Shown here one piece after another: positions 1 through 10,406 of a stretch of 64,000 nucleotides of DNA (positions are counted from its first letter, which is position 1; every line of letters starts with the position of its first letter). The notes under the pieces are model-generated. The model was not told the DNA's origin and made no database searches. It saw only the letters and a program-made list of their open reading frames with translations. The DNA lies in contig CAAFWO010000017.1 in assembly GCA_900766735.1 (NCBI GenBank), positions 792 to 64,791 on the forward strand, in the 5' to 3' direction. The stretch comes from Clostridia bacterium. Lineage in GTDB: Bacteria; Bacillota; Clostridia; CAKSNL01; HGM11501. The position numbers and the translations under genes were made by a program.

Positions 1-681
1 AAGGTCGAATCCCTCGACTAAAAAGTCGCCTCTCACACCCTCGTTTAACATCACGATGCCGGGCTTGATCTTTTCGATCCTCTTTCTGCCCTCGATCCAG
101 AAGTCGAGCGGCACTCTGTCGCCAACATCACAACGGTAGCCGTCGATGTCGAACTTTTCCACGAAATACTCCATATTGCGCCAGAGGTATTCCCTGAGCT
201 CCCTGCTCTCGAAGTTGATGCCGGGGAAGTGCCAGTCAAGGTCAACGGGGTTTCCCGCCTCGTCACGCAAAATGAAATCCGGGTGCTCTTTAATAAACAC
301 CGCTTTCGGGCCGCAGTGAAGGTATACAAGGTCCAAAAGGACTTTAAGGCCCAGTTTGTGCGCCGATCTAACGAACGACAAAAGGTCATCGTCCGTGCCG
401 TACTCGGGATCGATCTTATAATAATCGCTCATACGGTAGGGGTTTTTCGGGTTGTCAAAGCCGCTCTTCGCGTGCCTGTCGCTCCAGTGGCTCTTATCCA
501 TATCGTCGTCCATTTCAAATATCGGGCAGAGGTACACGTGCGTAACGCCGATCTCCTTCACCTCGGGAAGCATCTTCTCTGCCGCCTCAAGCGTTCCCTC
601 GCTTGTGAACGCTCTCGGGAATATCTGATAGAACACGCTTTTCTTAAGTTCATCACTCATTTTTCTTGCTTTCATCATCAT
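1..681 (-). CDS. Glycoside hydrolase family 13 (alpha-amylase family) protein, N-terminal part only (C-terminus beyond left edge)
   Basis: Reverse-complement translation starts with ATG at 679-681, with a GGAGG RBS at 684-688. It reads MMMKARKMSDELKKSVFYQIFPRAF...LDLVYLHCGP...GYRCDVGDRVP, which matches GH13 conserved regions I and II. The frame is still open at position 1. Confidence 0.7.
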   Translation of the reverse strand, partial: MMMKARKMSDELKKSVFYQIFPRAFTSEGTLEAAEKMLPEVKEIGVTHVYLCPIFEMDDDMDKSHWSDRHAKSGFDNPKNPYRMSDYYKIDPEYGTDDDLLSFVRSAHKLGLKVLLDLVYLHCGPKAVFIKEHPDFILRDEAGNPVDLDWHFPGINFESRELREYLWRNMEYFVEKFDIDGYRCDVGDRVPLDFWIEGRKRIEKIKPGIVMLNEGVRGDFLVEGFDL

Positions 682-812
682 TTCCTCCTTTTTCGTATAT
701 TAAGACTATACACCAAAAAAGAGGTCAAGTAAATAAATAAAACAACCCTATATTTATACTTTTCGGCACAAAAAGAAGGCGGCGAAGCATTATAAGCGAA
801 CGCTTAAATATT

Positions 813-1007
813 TTATTTATTTTTCCTTTTTCCGGAGGCTCCGGCTATTGCTCCGATGCCTCCCAATAGGACGCCGCCAACCAGTGCACTGCCTAATTTT
901 CCGCTTATTACGTTTTCTCCGTCTTCCTTTAGTTCAAAGTCATTCACATCTTGAAATGAACAAACTTTGACGACCGAAGTCAGTATTATAAAAAACATCA
1001 TACTCAA
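813..1007 (-). CDS. Small hypothetical protein (64 aa) with C-terminal glycine-zipper (GGVLLGGIGAIAGASG)
   Basis: ORF on the provided track. The RBS is weak and I see no recognisable family. Confidence 0.3.
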   Translation of the reverse strand: MSMMFFIILTSVVKVCSFQDVNDFELKEDGENVISGKLGSALVGGVLLGGIGAIAGASGKRKNK

Positions 1008-1040
1008 TTTTTGAGTATTATCAATAATAAAATATGAAAG

Positions 1041-1079
1041 AACAGCCGTTGATCTTTCAAAAAATCAACGGCTGTTTTT
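1041..1079. terminator. Rho-independent terminator-like hairpin (cagccgttgat / atcaacggctg) plus T-run
   Basis: 11-bp perfect inverted repeat with a 10-nt loop, followed by TTTTT. Confidence 0.5.
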
Positions 1080-1210
1080 GAGCTATAAAAAAGTGAAATA
1101 TCTCAAACTCGCCACCGCGAGTTTGTACCGCACTTCTTCACTTTTCACTATTACTTCCCAAAAATCGGCGGAAGTTTAAGGAATAGTGAAGAGTGAAAAT
1201 GTAATAAGTA

Positions 1211-1243
1211 AAAATCGGCAAGCACTGACCGTACTTGCCGATT
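1211..1243 (-). terminator. Terminator of the tRNA-Met/tRNA-Glu operon
   Basis: Hairpin aatcggcaag...cttgccgatt flanked by T-runs on both strands, immediately 3' of the tRNA-Glu CCA end. Confidence 0.5.
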
Positions 1244-1245
1244 TT

Positions 1246-1320
1246 TGGTGACTCGTACCAGATTTGAACTGGTGTTACCGCCGTGAAAGGGCGGTGTCTT
1301 AACCGCTTGACCAACGAGCC
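1246..1320 (-). tRNA. tRNA-Glu (anticodon UUC)
   Basis: The reverse complement reads GGCTCGTTGGTCAAGCGGTTAAGACACCGCCCTTTCACGGCGGTAACACCAGTTCAAATCTGGTACGAGTCACCA. It has a 7-bp acceptor stem and a CTTTCAC anticodon loop, and closely matches Bacillus tRNA-Glu. Confidence 0.9.
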
Positions 1321-1325
1321 GGATA

Positions 1326-1402
1326 TGGTAGCGGCAGGTGGACTTGAACCGCCGACCTAACGGGTATGAACCGTTTGCTCTAGCCAGCTGAGCTATGCCG
1401 CC
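1326..1402 (-). tRNA. tRNA-Met elongator (anticodon CAU)
   Basis: The reverse complement reads GGCGGCATAGCTCAGCTGGCTAGAGCAAACGGTTCATACCCGTTAGGTCGGCGGTTCAAGTCCACCTGCCGCTACCA. The anticodon loop is TTCATAC and the sequence is very close to B. subtilis elongator tRNA-Met. Confidence 0.85.
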
Positions 1403-1431
1403 ATGTATCCGTCAAAAGTGACAGCTATATT

Positions 1432-1460
1432 ACTATACCACAAAATCAAATTAATGTCAA
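1432..1460 (-). promoter_or_regulatory. Sigma-A type promoter for the tRNA operon (TTGACA-17-TATAGT on minus strand)
   Basis: On the reverse complement: cTTGACAttaatttgattttgtggTATAGT, immediately upstream of tRNA-Met. Confidence 0.5.
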
Positions 1461-1471
1461 GACTTTTTTTA

Positions 1472-1612
1472 TTAAAATTCCTCTCCGGTCGCCATATCGG
1501 TGCTTCGGTAATACTTTATCTCGGCCCTTTCGCGGTTCACATAGCGATAGACAAATATAAATACCGCCGCCCAAAAAACCAGGAACACTGTTATTATTAT
1601 CTTCTTTTTCAT
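1472..1612 (-). CDS. Possible small membrane peptide (46 aa: MKKKIIITVFLVFWAAVFIFVYRYVNRERAEIKYYRSTDMATGEEF)
   Basis: Internal ATG of the 100-aa track ORF, lying just downstream of the gyrA terminator hairpin. One hydrophobic helix. No SD sequence. Confidence 0.2.
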   Translation of the reverse strand: MKKKIIITVFLVFWAAVFIFVYRYVNRERAEIKYYRSTDMATGEEF

Positions 1613-1626
1613 TTTTAATAAATTTT

Positions 1627-1656
1627 CTGTGCCGGAAAAATTCCGGCACAGATTAT
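1627..1656 (-). terminator. Hairpin downstream of gyrA (ctgtgccgg aaaaatt ccggcacag)
   Basis: 9-bp perfect inverted repeat lying 2 nt downstream of the gyrA stop (gyrA end 1659; hairpin 1628-1652). The flanking runs are A/T-rich rather than a clean T-tract. Confidence 0.4.
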
Positions 1657-1658
1657 CT

Positions 1659-4169
1659 TTATTCCTCCGTACCGGGCTCACTTTCCACGGTATCGGTTTC
1701 TTCCTCTTCCTCGTGTGCTGTCTTTGCAAGGCCGATGACCTTAACGCCGTCGCCCGGGCGCATGAGGCGGACACCGCTTGTCGCTCTTCCGATCGAATTG
1801 ATCTCCTCGGTGTACATTCTTATGATGACGCCGTCGGACGCGATGAGCATCAGATCGTCGGACGCATTTACCGCCGTAACGCCGATGACATTTCCCGTCT
1901 TATCCGACGTTTTATAGCCGATGAGACCCATACCGCTTCTCTTCTGAGTCTTGAAAAGGTCAAACTCCGTCTTCTTGCCGAAGCCGTTTTCCGTTACTAT
2001 CATAAGCTCGGACTCATCGTCGACGTTCGCCATGCCGACAACATAGTCGCCCTCGCGCAGAGTGATCGCCTTAACGCCGCGCGTTACTCTTCCCAAGGGT
2101 CTGACATCGGACTCGTTGAAGCGGATGACCATTCCCTTATTCGTGCCGACCATAATGTCGTTCTCGCCGTCTGTTAAGTTAACGCCGATAAGCTCGTCGT
2201 CCTCGTCGATCACGATAGCGATAAGGCCGCCCTTTCTGGTCGTTCCGTAGCAGTCAAGCGACGTCTTTTTGATTATGCCCTTTTTGGTGAGCATGGTAAG
2301 ATATTTATCGCTTGAAAATTCGCTTACCGGAATCATCGCAGTTATCTTCTCGTCCTTCTCGACGGGAAGAAGATTGATGATAGCCGACCCCTTTGCCTGT
2401 CTGCCGGACTCCGGAATCTGATAGCCTTTTAGCTTATACGCCCTTCCCTTATTGGTGAAGAACATTATATAGTCGTGGGTCGACGCGGTGGAGATGTATT
2501 CGACAAAGTCCTCCTCTCTCGTCTGGAGGCCGGACACGCCGCGGCCGCCCCTGTGCTGGCTCTTATAGGTCGAGCTTACTGTGCGCTTAACATAGCCGTA
2601 GTGAGTCATCGTGATGACGCAGTCCTCTTTCTCGATAAGGTCCTCGTCCTCGATCTCCTCTACAATGTTTTCGATCTGAGTCTCTCTCTCGTCGCCGTAC
2701 CTGTCCCTTATCTCGATAAGCTCTTTTTTGATCTGTTCTAAAAGCATCTTCTTATCAGAAAGGAGAACCCTGTATTCCTCTGTCCTTTCTTCAAGCTCGC
2801 TGTATTCGTTGTCGATCTTCTCGCCGTTTAATTTCTGGAGCTGAACAAGGCGCATATCCAGAACACTCTGCGCCTGTATTTCGGAAAATCCGAACCGCGC
2901 AATGAGGTTTTCCTTAGCGTTGTCATATGAATTTCTGATAATGTTAATTATCTCGTCGATATTGGCAAGGGCAAGCCTCAAGCCCTCCAAAATATGCATT
3001 CTCGCCTCGGCCTTTTCAAGGTCAAACTGAGTTCTTCTTGTAACAATCTCTTCCTGGAAGCAGATGAACCTGTCCAATATCTCTTTAAGATTCATCGTTT
3101 TCGGCCTTCCGTTGTCGATCGCTATCATATTGATTGAAAAGCTGTCCTGAAGGCGCGAGTATTTATAAAGCTGATTTAAAACGACCTGGGGGTTTGCGTC
3201 CCTCTTTAAGAAAATTTCGAGCCTGATGCCGACTCTGTCCGAAGAGTGGTCGTCAATATCGTCAAGTCCGTCGATCTTTTTGTCCTTAACAAGGTTTGCG
3301 ATGGACTCAACCAAGTCTTTTTTATTTACTTTGTAGGGAAGCTCTGTCACGATGATCGAGGCAGTGCCGTTTTTGTGCTCCTCGATCTGCGCCTTTGCCC
3401 TTATGATGATCCTGCCTTTTCCGGTCGCATATGCGCTCCTGATGCCGCTTCTGCCCATGATAGTTCCCTTTGTCGGGAAATCGGGGCCTTTGATATATTC
3501 CATCAGCTCCTCGACCGTGATCTCGGGGTCTTCGATCTGCGCTATAACGCCGTTTAACACCTCGGTCAGGTTATGAGGCGGAATCTCCGTCGCCATTCCG
3601 ACAGCGATACCCGACGAACCGTTGACCAAAAGAGTGGGTATTCTCGTGGGAAGAACGACCGGCTCTCTTCTCTTCTCATCGAAGTTCGGGATAAAGTCGA
3701 CCGTGTTTTTATCGATATTTTCAAGCAAAACATTTGCTATCTTGCTCATTCTCGCCTCGGTGTATCGGTAAGCGGCAGGCGGATCGCCGTCGACGCTTCC
3801 GAAGTTACCGTGCCCGTCTATCAGGGGGTAGCGCATCGAGAAATCCTGCGCCATTCTTACCATCGCGTCGTAAACCGACGCGTCGCCGTGCGGATGGTAC
3901 CGGCCGATAACGTTACCGACGGTCGTTGCCGACTTGAAGAATGGTTTATCCGAAGTTAAGTTTTCCTCATACATCGAATATAAAATTCTTCTGTGAACGG
4001 GCTTCAAACCGTCCCTCACATCGGGCAGGGCACGGCTCATGATAACGCTCATCGCATAGTCAATGAACGCCTCTTTCATTCTTTTTTCTATATCAACGTT
4101 GACAATTGTCTGCGTTTCCAAATGCTCCTCAAAATGAGAATCCTCATAATTTTTACTTTTCTTAGCCAT
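1659..4169 (-). CDS. gyrA: DNA gyrase subunit A
   Basis: 836 aa. Carries the AAMRYTEARM active-site region with a GyrA N-terminus and an acidic C-terminal tail. GGAGG RBS. Confidence 0.97.
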   Translation of the reverse strand: MAKKSKNYEDSHFEEHLETQTIVNVDIEKRMKEAFIDYAMSVIMSRALPDVRDGLKPVHRRILYSMYEENLTSDKPFFKSATTVGNVIGRYHPHGDASVYDAMVRMAQDFSMRYPLIDGHGNFGSVDGDPPAAYRYTEARMSKIANVLLENIDKNTVDFIPNFDEKRREPVVLPTRIPTLLVNGSSGIAVGMATEIPPHNLTEVLNGVIAQIEDPEITVEELMEYIKGPDFPTKGTIMGRSGIRSAYATGKGRIIIRAKAQIEEHKNGTASIIVTELPYKVNKKDLVESIANLVKDKKIDGLDDIDDHSSDRVGIRLEIFLKRDANPQVVLNQLYKYSRLQDSFSINMIAIDNGRPKTMNLKEILDRFICFQEEIVTRRTQFDLEKAEARMHILEGLRLALANIDEIINIIRNSYDNAKENLIARFGFSEIQAQSVLDMRLVQLQKLNGEKIDNEYSELEERTEEYRVLLSDKKMLLEQIKKELIEIRDRYGDERETQIENIVEEIEDEDLIEKEDCVITMTHYGYVKRTVSSTYKSQHRGGRGVSGLQTREEDFVEYISTASTHDYIMFFTNKGRAYKLKGYQIPESGRQAKGSAIINLLPVEKDEKITAMIPVSEFSSDKYLTMLTKKGIIKKTSLDCYGTTRKGGLIAIVIDEDDELIGVNLTDGENDIMVGTNKGMVIRFNESDVRPLGRVTRGVKAITLREGDYVVGMANVDDESELMIVTENGFGKKTEFDLFKTQKRSGMGLIGYKTSDKTGNVIGVTAVNASDDLMLIASDGVIIRMYTEEINSIGRATSGVRLMRPGDGVKVIGLAKTAHEEEEETDTVESEPGTEE

Positions 4170-4192
4170 TATTTGCCTCCGATCTCACTGAC

Positions 4193-6127
4193 TCAAATGT
4201 CGAGATTCTGTACATACTGAGCATTTTCCTCAATAAATACTCTTCTCGGCTCAACCTCGTCGCCCATAAGAACGCTGAAAATGTCGTTTGCCCTCTCTGC
4301 GTCCTCCATTGTGACCTTTAAGAGTATTCTGTTCTTGGGATCCATTGTCGTCTCCCAGAGCTCCTCGGGGTTCATCTCACCGAGACCTTTGTATCTGCTG
4401 ATGTCGACCTTTGCTCCTAAGTCGCCGTCCTTTAGTTCCTCGCTGATCTGATCCCTTTCCTCGTCACTGAAGGCAACGCGGGACTTTTTACCTCTCGAAA
4501 GCTTGTAAAGCGGGGGCTTCGCAAGGTAAATGTGCCCGGTCTCTATCAAAGGCGTCATAAATCTGAAGAAGAAGGTCAATAAAAGCGTCTGTATATGCGC
4601 GCCGTCAACATCGGCATCGGCCATAACGATTATCTTGTCGTATCTTAATTTTTCAAGCGTGAAGTTCTCGCCGATTCCCGTGCCGAGCGCCTGTATAACG
4701 GGTGTTAACTTATCGTTTCCGTAAACCTTATCCGCCCGTGCCTTTTCGACGTTTAACATCTTTCCCCAAAGAGGAAGTATCGCCTGATATTTACTGTCTC
4801 GCCCGTTCTTTGCCGAGCCGCCGGCAGAATCACCCTCTACTATGTATATCTCTGTCTTTGTCGGATCTTTAACGATACAGTCTGTAAGCTTTCCGGGAAG
4901 TGAGCTTGAGCCAAGCGGCGTTTTCCTCGACGTTTCCCTTGCTTTTCTCGCCGCTATTCTTGCCTTCGCGGCAAACATCGCCTTTTCAAGTATAGCTTTT
5001 CCGACAATAGGATTTTCCTCCAAAAAGTCGGTAAGCTTTTCCTTAACCATATTTTCGACGAGAGCTCTCATTTCCGAGTTTCCGAGTTTGGTCTTCGTCT
5101 GCCCTTCAAACTGCGGTTCTTCCAATTTAACGGAGATAATAGCGATGAGGCCTTCTCTCACATCGTCGCCGGTCAACTCATCGTCCTGTTTCATGAGTTT
5201 ATATTTTTTTGCATATTCAACCAAAACCTTAGTGAGAGCAGATTTGAATCCGGTCTCATGCGTTCCTCCCTCAGTCGTGGAAATGTTGTTTGCAAAGGAC
5301 TCTATTATTTCGTCATAGCCGGTCGTCCACTGCATGGCAACCTCCGCCATGCTTCCGTCCTTCTTGCCGCTGACATATATAACATCCTCGTTAACGGCTT
5401 CAAGGTCGCTTTTTTTACTGTGCTTTTCTGAAAAAATATAAGAAACGAAATTCTTTATTCCGCCCTCATAGTGAAGAACCTCTTTTTCGGGCGTCTCTTT
5501 TCTCATATCCGTAAAGATTATTCTGACTCCGCCGTTTAAGAATGCCTGCTCTCTTAATCTCTTAAGCAACACACTATAGTCATAAACTGTCTCTTCAAAA
5601 ATTTCATCGTCCGCCCAGAAGGTGATCTCCGTTCCCGTTCTGTCGGTCTTGCCTATCTCGTGGACCTTACCGTCCGGAACACCTCTTTTATAGCTCTGAT
5701 ACCAGATCCTCTCACCGTCCGACACCTTTACCTCAAGTCTTTTTGAAAGCGCGTTAACAACAGATGCTCCAACGCCGTGAAGACCGCCGGACACCTTATA
5801 TCCTCCTCCGCCGAATTTTCCGCCGGCATGAAGAACGGTAAATATAACATCGATCGTCGAAATTCCCATTTTGGGGTGGATCCCGTGCGGAATACCTCTT
5901 CCGTTATCCTTAACTGTAACGGAGTTATCCTCGTTTAAGGTGACCTCTATCTCTGTGCAGTATCCTGCCAGTGCCTCGTCTATCGAGTTATCGACAATTT
6001 CATATACAAGGTGATGAAGGCCCCTTATTGAAGTCGATCCGATATACATACCCGGTCTTTTTCTGACCGCTTCAAGGCCCTCCAAGACCTGTATTTGATT
6101 TTCATCGTAATTATTATTAGCGCTCAT
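4193..6127 (-). CDS. gyrB: DNA gyrase subunit B
   Basis: 644 aa with the GHKL ATPase motifs ([13 protein letters not shown]), TOPRIM motifs and [10 protein letters not shown]. Confidence 0.97.
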   Translation of the reverse strand: MSANNNYDENQIQVLEGLEAVRKRPGMYIGSTSIRGLHHLVYEIVDNSIDEALAGYCTEIEVTLNEDNSVTVKDNGRGIPHGIHPKMGISTIDVIFTVLHAGGKFGGGGYKVSGGLHGVGASVVNALSKRLEVKVSDGERIWYQSYKRGVPDGKVHEIGKTDRTGTEITFWADDEIFEETVYDYSVLLKRLREQAFLNGGVRIIFTDMRKETPEKEVLHYEGGIKNFVSYIFSEKHSKKSDLEAVNEDVIYVSGKKDGSMAEVAMQWTTGYDEIIESFANNISTTEGGTHETGFKSALTKVLVEYAKKYKLMKQDDELTGDDVREGLIAIISVKLEEPQFEGQTKTKLGNSEMRALVENMVKEKLTDFLEENPIVGKAILEKAMFAAKARIAARKARETSRKTPLGSSSLPGKLTDCIVKDPTKTEIYIVEGDSAGGSAKNGRDSKYQAILPLWGKMLNVEKARADKVYGNDKLTPVIQALGTGIGENFTLEKLRYDKIIVMADADVDGAHIQTLLLTFFFRFMTPLIETGHIYLAKPPLYKLSRGKKSRVAFSDEERDQISEELKDGDLGAKVDISRYKGLGEMNPEELWETTMDPKNRILLKVTMEDAERANDIFSVLMGDEVEPRRVFIEENAQYVQNLDI

Positions 6128-6392
6128 AATCCAAATCCTTTCTTCCCGACCTGTCGCTCTCTATTCTTTTTAATAACGTCGCCGGAGAAATGGGCGATAC
6201 GTATACTCTGTTTTCCTTATCGAGCACATATGACCTCGGAAGGTCAAATGACGTCGTTATGACTTTTTTTCTTTTTTCCGATTCTTTTAAAAATTCCTTG
6301 GTTATCTTTGAAATACTCGTGTTTTCAATGTCGAATATTCCGATAATATCCTCGCTTCTTAAAAGAAAATCTCCCCCTATATGAAGATACAT
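6117..6392 (-). CDS. remB: DUF370 family protein (YaaB/RemB-like), conserved between recF and gyrB in Firmicutes
   Basis: 91 aa in the conserved position and of the expected size. Overlaps the gyrB start by 11 nt. Confidence 0.65.
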   Translation of the reverse strand: MYLHIGGDFLLRSEDIIGIFDIENTSISKITKEFLKESEKRKKVITTSFDLPRSYVLDKENRVYVSPISPATLLKRIESDRSGRKDLDYER

Positions 6393-6395
6393 TTT

Positions 6396-7502
6396 CTAAT
6401 CCTCTTTTTTTATCTTGCCGTAGTCGACCGTGAAAAAGAACGATTTTTTTCTTTTCCGAAGGCCGCTTGCCCCGGTGCAGGTTATTATTGTCTGCTTTCC
6501 TTTGATTTTTTCGGTCAGATACGACTGCCTTTTTTTATCAAGCTCGCTCATTATATCGTCAAGCAGTAAAACAGGGTAGCTCCCTGTCCTGTCCTTAATG
6601 ATTTCGGTCATCGCAAGCTTTAAACAAATAATAACGGAGCGCTGCTGCCCCTGCGAGCCGAAAAGCTTCACATTCTTTTTGTTTATCAAAAATTCAACGT
6701 CGTCTCTGTGCGGCCCGGTCAGAGCCTGCATTTTTTCGATCTCGGCGTTTTTAAGCCTATCCGTTTTTTCCCTAAAATCCTCTTTTATCTTCTCTACATC
6801 GTTAATATCGCGAAGTGAAACAGAAGGAACATATTTTATCGTGAGCTTTTCCTTCCCGTCCGTAAGCTCCTCCATTTTTTCCTTGGCATACTCTTCAAGC
6901 ATTTTTATAAAGCTTCCGCGATACATAAAAAGTCTCGACCCGTACTCCGTCATTCTCTGGTTCCATATATCTATCATCATGGAGATCTCGCGCGGAGAAC
7001 CTTTTTTTAAGAGTGTGTTTTTCTGCTTTAAGCATTTATTATAGTCTCTTAAAATTTTAACATAGTTCGGTCGAAGAACCGAAATCGAATCGTCTAAAAA
7101 TTCTCTTCTTAATTCCTTTTCGCCCTTTATTATCTCAATTTCCTCCGGGCAGAAAAGAACTGTCTTAAAATATTCGGACAGTAATGAATTTTTAGAGAGA
7201 GGGATCTTATTAAAGCTTATCTCTTTTTTCCCGTCGCACGTTACCTTAAATTCGCCGTTATAGGAATAGTCCTCGTTTATAAAATCCATTCCCAAATAAA
7301 ACGAGTCGCACCCGAATCGGATAAGATCTTTTTCTCCCGCCGGACGATAGCTCTTGCCCGTTGAAAAAAGATAGATAGCCTCAAGCAGATTCGTTTTTCC
7401 CTGGGAGTTTTTTCCTCTTATAACATTAACCTCGGGATTAAAGAATATTTCCTGCTCTTTAAAATTTCTGTAATTTAAAAGCTTAAGCCTTTCAATTCTC
7501 AT
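6396..7502 (-). CDS. recF: DNA replication and repair protein RecF
   Basis: 368 aa. N-terminal Walker A (GKNSQGKTNLLEAI) and the SMC-like signature. Confidence 0.95.
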   Translation of the reverse strand: MRIERLKLLNYRNFKEQEIFFNPEVNVIRGKNSQGKTNLLEAIYLFSTGKSYRPAGEKDLIRFGCDSFYLGMDFINEDYSYNGEFKVTCDGKKEISFNKIPLSKNSLLSEYFKTVLFCPEEIEIIKGEKELRREFLDDSISVLRPNYVKILRDYNKCLKQKNTLLKKGSPREISMMIDIWNQRMTEYGSRLFMYRGSFIKMLEEYAKEKMEELTDGKEKLTIKYVPSVSLRDINDVEKIKEDFREKTDRLKNAEIEKMQALTGPHRDDVEFLINKKNVKLFGSQGQQRSVIICLKLAMTEIIKDRTGSYPVLLLDDIMSELDKKRQSYLTEKIKGKQTIITCTGASGLRKRKKSFFFTVDYGKIKKED

Positions 7503-8601
7503 TTTTTAATCTAACGGGAAGAACCATTTGAATGAAGGAATCGTTATCTATCGGGCGGATGATACAGGGGCTTAAATTTGAATTGAATTCAAGCTTTGCA
7601 ACGTCCGTTTCCGCGGCCTTTAACGCGTCGTGAATATAGCGGTTGTTAAAGCCGATCTCGGTTTCTTCTCCTTCAAAGGGAATCTCCAATGTGTCGACGA
7701 TCTGACCCGTCGCGGTGATGCACTTTATTATGAGCTCTTTTTGAGTAAAGTGAAATCTTATCGGGCTCTTTGTCTCGTCCGCCGCGATGATGGGCTCACA
7801 GCGCTCAACGCTCTCCATCACGCTTGAAACGGGAATCACAACGCTGTAGTTATTGACTGCCGGAATCGTCTTCTCATAATTTAAGTAATTTCCTTCGATA
7901 AGCCTTGAAACGACCTTTGCGTTTTCCGTCTTTATAGAAACATATCTTTCGGTAAGGCCTATATTTACCTTTGAGTCGTCGTCTCTTAATATTTTAACAA
8001 GCTCACCGAGCGTCTTTCCGGGAACGATGAACGAAAAGTCGCCGCTTGAGGTTACTTTTTCTCTTCTTAAAGCAAGGCGGAATCCGTCAACCGAAACGAC
8101 ATTTAAATTATCTCCTTTAACTTCAAAAAGAGAACCGGTCAAAACTATTCTGCTCTCGTTCTGCGACACGGCATAGAGAGTTCTTCTTATCATATTTTTT
8201 AAGGTTCCCTCTTCTATCGAAAATTCATTTTCCTTTTCGATTTCGGGAACCGAAGGAAATTCATCGTCCGACAGACCCAAAATTTTATATTCGATGTTCT
8301 GGCAGGTGATGACAGCGTTTCTGTTTTCGTTCACCTTTAAGGTCACGGTATCGTTGGGAAGCTTTCTCACAATGTCCATAAAGGTTTTTGCGAGTAAAAC
8401 GATTCCTCCCTCTTCATAAACCTGCGCCGGGATGAGGCACTCTATACCGAGATCCATATCGTTTCCGACTATCGTTAAAGTCTCTGCTTCTGCTTTTATG
8501 TATATTCCCTCCAAAATGGGAAGCGAAGCTTTCTGTGAGACCGCTTTTGAAACGATGTTCAAGGTATTTAAAAGTATTTCCTTCTGACACTGAAAAATCA
8601 T
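7492..8601 (-). CDS. dnaN: DNA polymerase III beta subunit (sliding clamp)
   Basis: 369 aa with three-domain clamp similarity. GGAGAA RBS. Confidence 0.95.
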   Translation of the reverse strand: MIFQCQKEILLNTLNIVSKAVSQKASLPILEGIYIKAEAETLTIVGNDMDLGIECLIPAQVYEEGGIVLLAKTFMDIVRKLPNDTVTLKVNENRNAVITCQNIEYKILGLSDDEFPSVPEIEKENEFSIEEGTLKNMIRRTLYAVSQNESRIVLTGSLFEVKGDNLNVVSVDGFRLALRREKVTSSGDFSFIVPGKTLGELVKILRDDDSKVNIGLTERYVSIKTENAKVVSRLIEGNYLNYEKTIPAVNNYSVVIPVSSVMESVERCEPIIAADETKSPIRFHFTQKELIIKCITATGQIVDTLEIPFEGEETEIGFNNRYIHDALKAAETDVAKLEFNSNLSPCIIRPIDNDSFIQMVLPVRLKNEN

Positions 8602-8800
8602 GACGATTCTCCTTTTCCTTTGGATTGATTTTTTTATAAATAATATATATTTAAATTCAGTAATAGTAGTATGGGTGGATTGTGTGAAAAACTAAATATT
8701 ATGCCCTTTTTTCAAGGGCCTATACATATTTTTTTATGATGAAGAAATGTCTAAATAAAAAGAATTTAAATATCCACAGCCTGTTTAAAAGGTGGACTGA
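8602..8800. promoter_or_regulatory. oriC segment between dnaA and dnaN (incC-like): AT-rich putative DNA unwinding element plus a DnaA box
   Basis: 8615-8670 is about 85% AT (ttgatttttttataaataatatatatttaaattcag). aTATCCACA at 8770-8778 matches the DnaA-box consensus at 8 of 9 positions. Confidence 0.55.
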
Positions 8801-10114
8801 TCAGCTGTTTTTTAAGTCAGTCGTTATTTTATCGATTTTTTCTTTTTTTTCATCATCCTCAGAAATAAAGGTCTCTACCTTTTTTATTGCGTGGATAATG
8901 GTGGAATGATCCTTTCCTCCGAAATATTCCCCTATCTTGTTATAAGACAGTTCGGTTAAATTTTTACAAAGGTAGATTGCAATCTGCCTCGGAACGACAA
9001 TATCCTTTGTCTTTCTTTTTGAGGTGATATCCTCCTCTCTTATTCTGAAAAGGGAAGAAACCGATTTAATTATCATCTCCGGAGTGATTATTCTGGAAGA
9101 GGAGGTAGTTCTGTATTTTTTTATAGCTTCCTTTGCCATATCCAAAGTAATTTCTCTGTTAACGAGCCCGGAATAAGCCGAAAGAGTTTTAAAAACTCCT
9201 TCAAGCTCACGTATGTTCATTGTGATATTGTCGGCAATATACATTAAAATTTCCGTGTCTATATTTATATTCTGGTTTTCTGCCTTTTGCTTTAATATAG
9301 CGACTCTCGTTTCATATTCCGGAGGCTGAATATCTCCTAAATATCCCCATCCGAAACGGGATTTTAATCTTTCCGCAAGGTTGGGAATTTCATTGGGAGG
9401 CCGGTCACTTGACAAAACTATTTGCTTTGAATCCTCGAAAAGAGAATTAAAGGTGTTAAAAAATTCCTCTTCCATGGACACCTTGCCGGCTATAAACTGA
9501 ATATCATCGACAAATAAAGCGTCTATCTTTCTGTATTTTTCACGGAATGAGTCCGTGCTTTTTTTTGCGATGCTCTCTATAAGCTCGACAGTGAATGTTT
9601 CAGCAGTGACAAACAGAGTTTTTAAATTAGGACTGTTTTCGTTTATAAAATTTTCCATCGCGTGCATAAGGTGGGTTTTTCCCAAGCCGACTCCTCCCCA
9701 AATGAATAAGGGATTATAAGCTTTACCGGGTGTTTCTGCCGCGCCGAGAGCAAGTGCATGAGCGAACCTGTTTGAATTTCCGACAACAAAATTATCAAAA
9801 GTATATTTTAAATTGTTTTCTTTTTTTGCAAAAGATTTTTTTTCTTCTTCCTCGGTTTTTTCTTTTTCATCTCCGACTGTGACAAAAATTAAGTAGTTTT
9901 TTCCGGATGCTTCCAAAACGGAGTTTATAATGAGATCCTTATAGCGGTTGTCCAGCATGTTTTTTATAATGTCGGTCTTCACCGAAAGATAAATTTTATC
10001 GTCCGTCATTTTATAAGGAACAACGTCTTTTATCCATGTATTGTAGGAAACGTTCGGAATTTCTTCTTTTATGTATTCACATGATTTTGCCCAAATATCC
10101 GATAATAAGGACAA
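8801..10114 (-). CDS. dnaA: Chromosomal replication initiator protein DnaA (likely TTG start 27 nt inside the longest ORF)
   Basis: AAA+ Walker A (GGVGLGKTHL) and the C-terminal DnaA-box-binding HTH. An AAGGGGG RBS lies 8 nt upstream of the in-frame TTG (start 10114). The longest track ORF (to 10141) has no RBS. Confidence 0.93.
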   Translation of the reverse strand: MSLLSDIWAKSCEYIKEEIPNVSYNTWIKDVVPYKMTDDKIYLSVKTDIIKNMLDNRYKDLIINSVLEASGKNYLIFVTVGDEKEKTEEEEKKSFAKKENNLKYTFDNFVVGNSNRFAHALALGAAETPGKAYNPLFIWGGVGLGKTHLMHAMENFINENSPNLKTLFVTAETFTVELIESIAKKSTDSFREKYRKIDALFVDDIQFIAGKVSMEEEFFNTFNSLFEDSKQIVLSSDRPPNEIPNLAERLKSRFGWGYLGDIQPPEYETRVAILKQKAENQNINIDTEILMYIADNITMNIRELEGVFKTLSAYSGLVNREITLDMAKEAIKKYRTTSSSRIITPEMIIKSVSSLFRIREEDITSKRKTKDIVVPRQIAIYLCKNLTELSYNKIGEYFGGKDHSTIIHAIKKVETFISEDDEKKEKIDKITTDLKNS

Positions 10115-10406
10115 TCTTATAACCCCCTTAATTATCCACAATTGTTTATAAAAGATGTTGAAAACTGTGGATAAACCCTTATTTTTATAACAAAAAGGCT
10201 CTGCGGCTGATTTAAGGTTGTGGATAAGTTATCAACCGCTCTTATATTCATATCTCATATATTATAACAAAAAACTTTCCTTTTTACAAGATTAAATTTA
10301 TTTTTTTTGTGAAAATTTTAATTTTTCGGTTGACAAATAAAATTTTAATATATATAATAAAAAAAAGTCTGTAATTTTTTATTTTACTTTTAAGGAGGTG
10401 TTTTTT
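10115..10406. promoter_or_regulatory. oriC segment upstream of dnaA: three perfect DnaA boxes plus the rpmH promoter
   Basis: TTATCCACA at 10132-10140. TGTGGATAA at 10166-10174 and 10219-10227. The rpmH promoter is TTGACA (10330-10335), a 17-nt spacer, then TATAAT (10353-10358). Confidence 0.7.

Noticed and set aside
229-732. 167-aa plus-strand ORF
   Set aside because: Lies antisense within the clearly homologous GH13 gene (1-681, minus). No RBS. Mirror-frame artefact.
1403-1649. Several small ORFs (1403-1618 +, 1446-1649 -)
   Set aside because: Overlap the tRNA operon promoter and the gyrA terminator. No RBS. Only the 46-aa sub-ORF 1472-1612 kept, at low confidence.
1629-3959. Multiple plus-strand ORFs inside gyrA (1629-2177, 2475-2741, 3246-3557, 3573-3959 etc.)
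   Set aside because: Antisense to a strongly conserved gene. GC-rich reading-frame artefacts.
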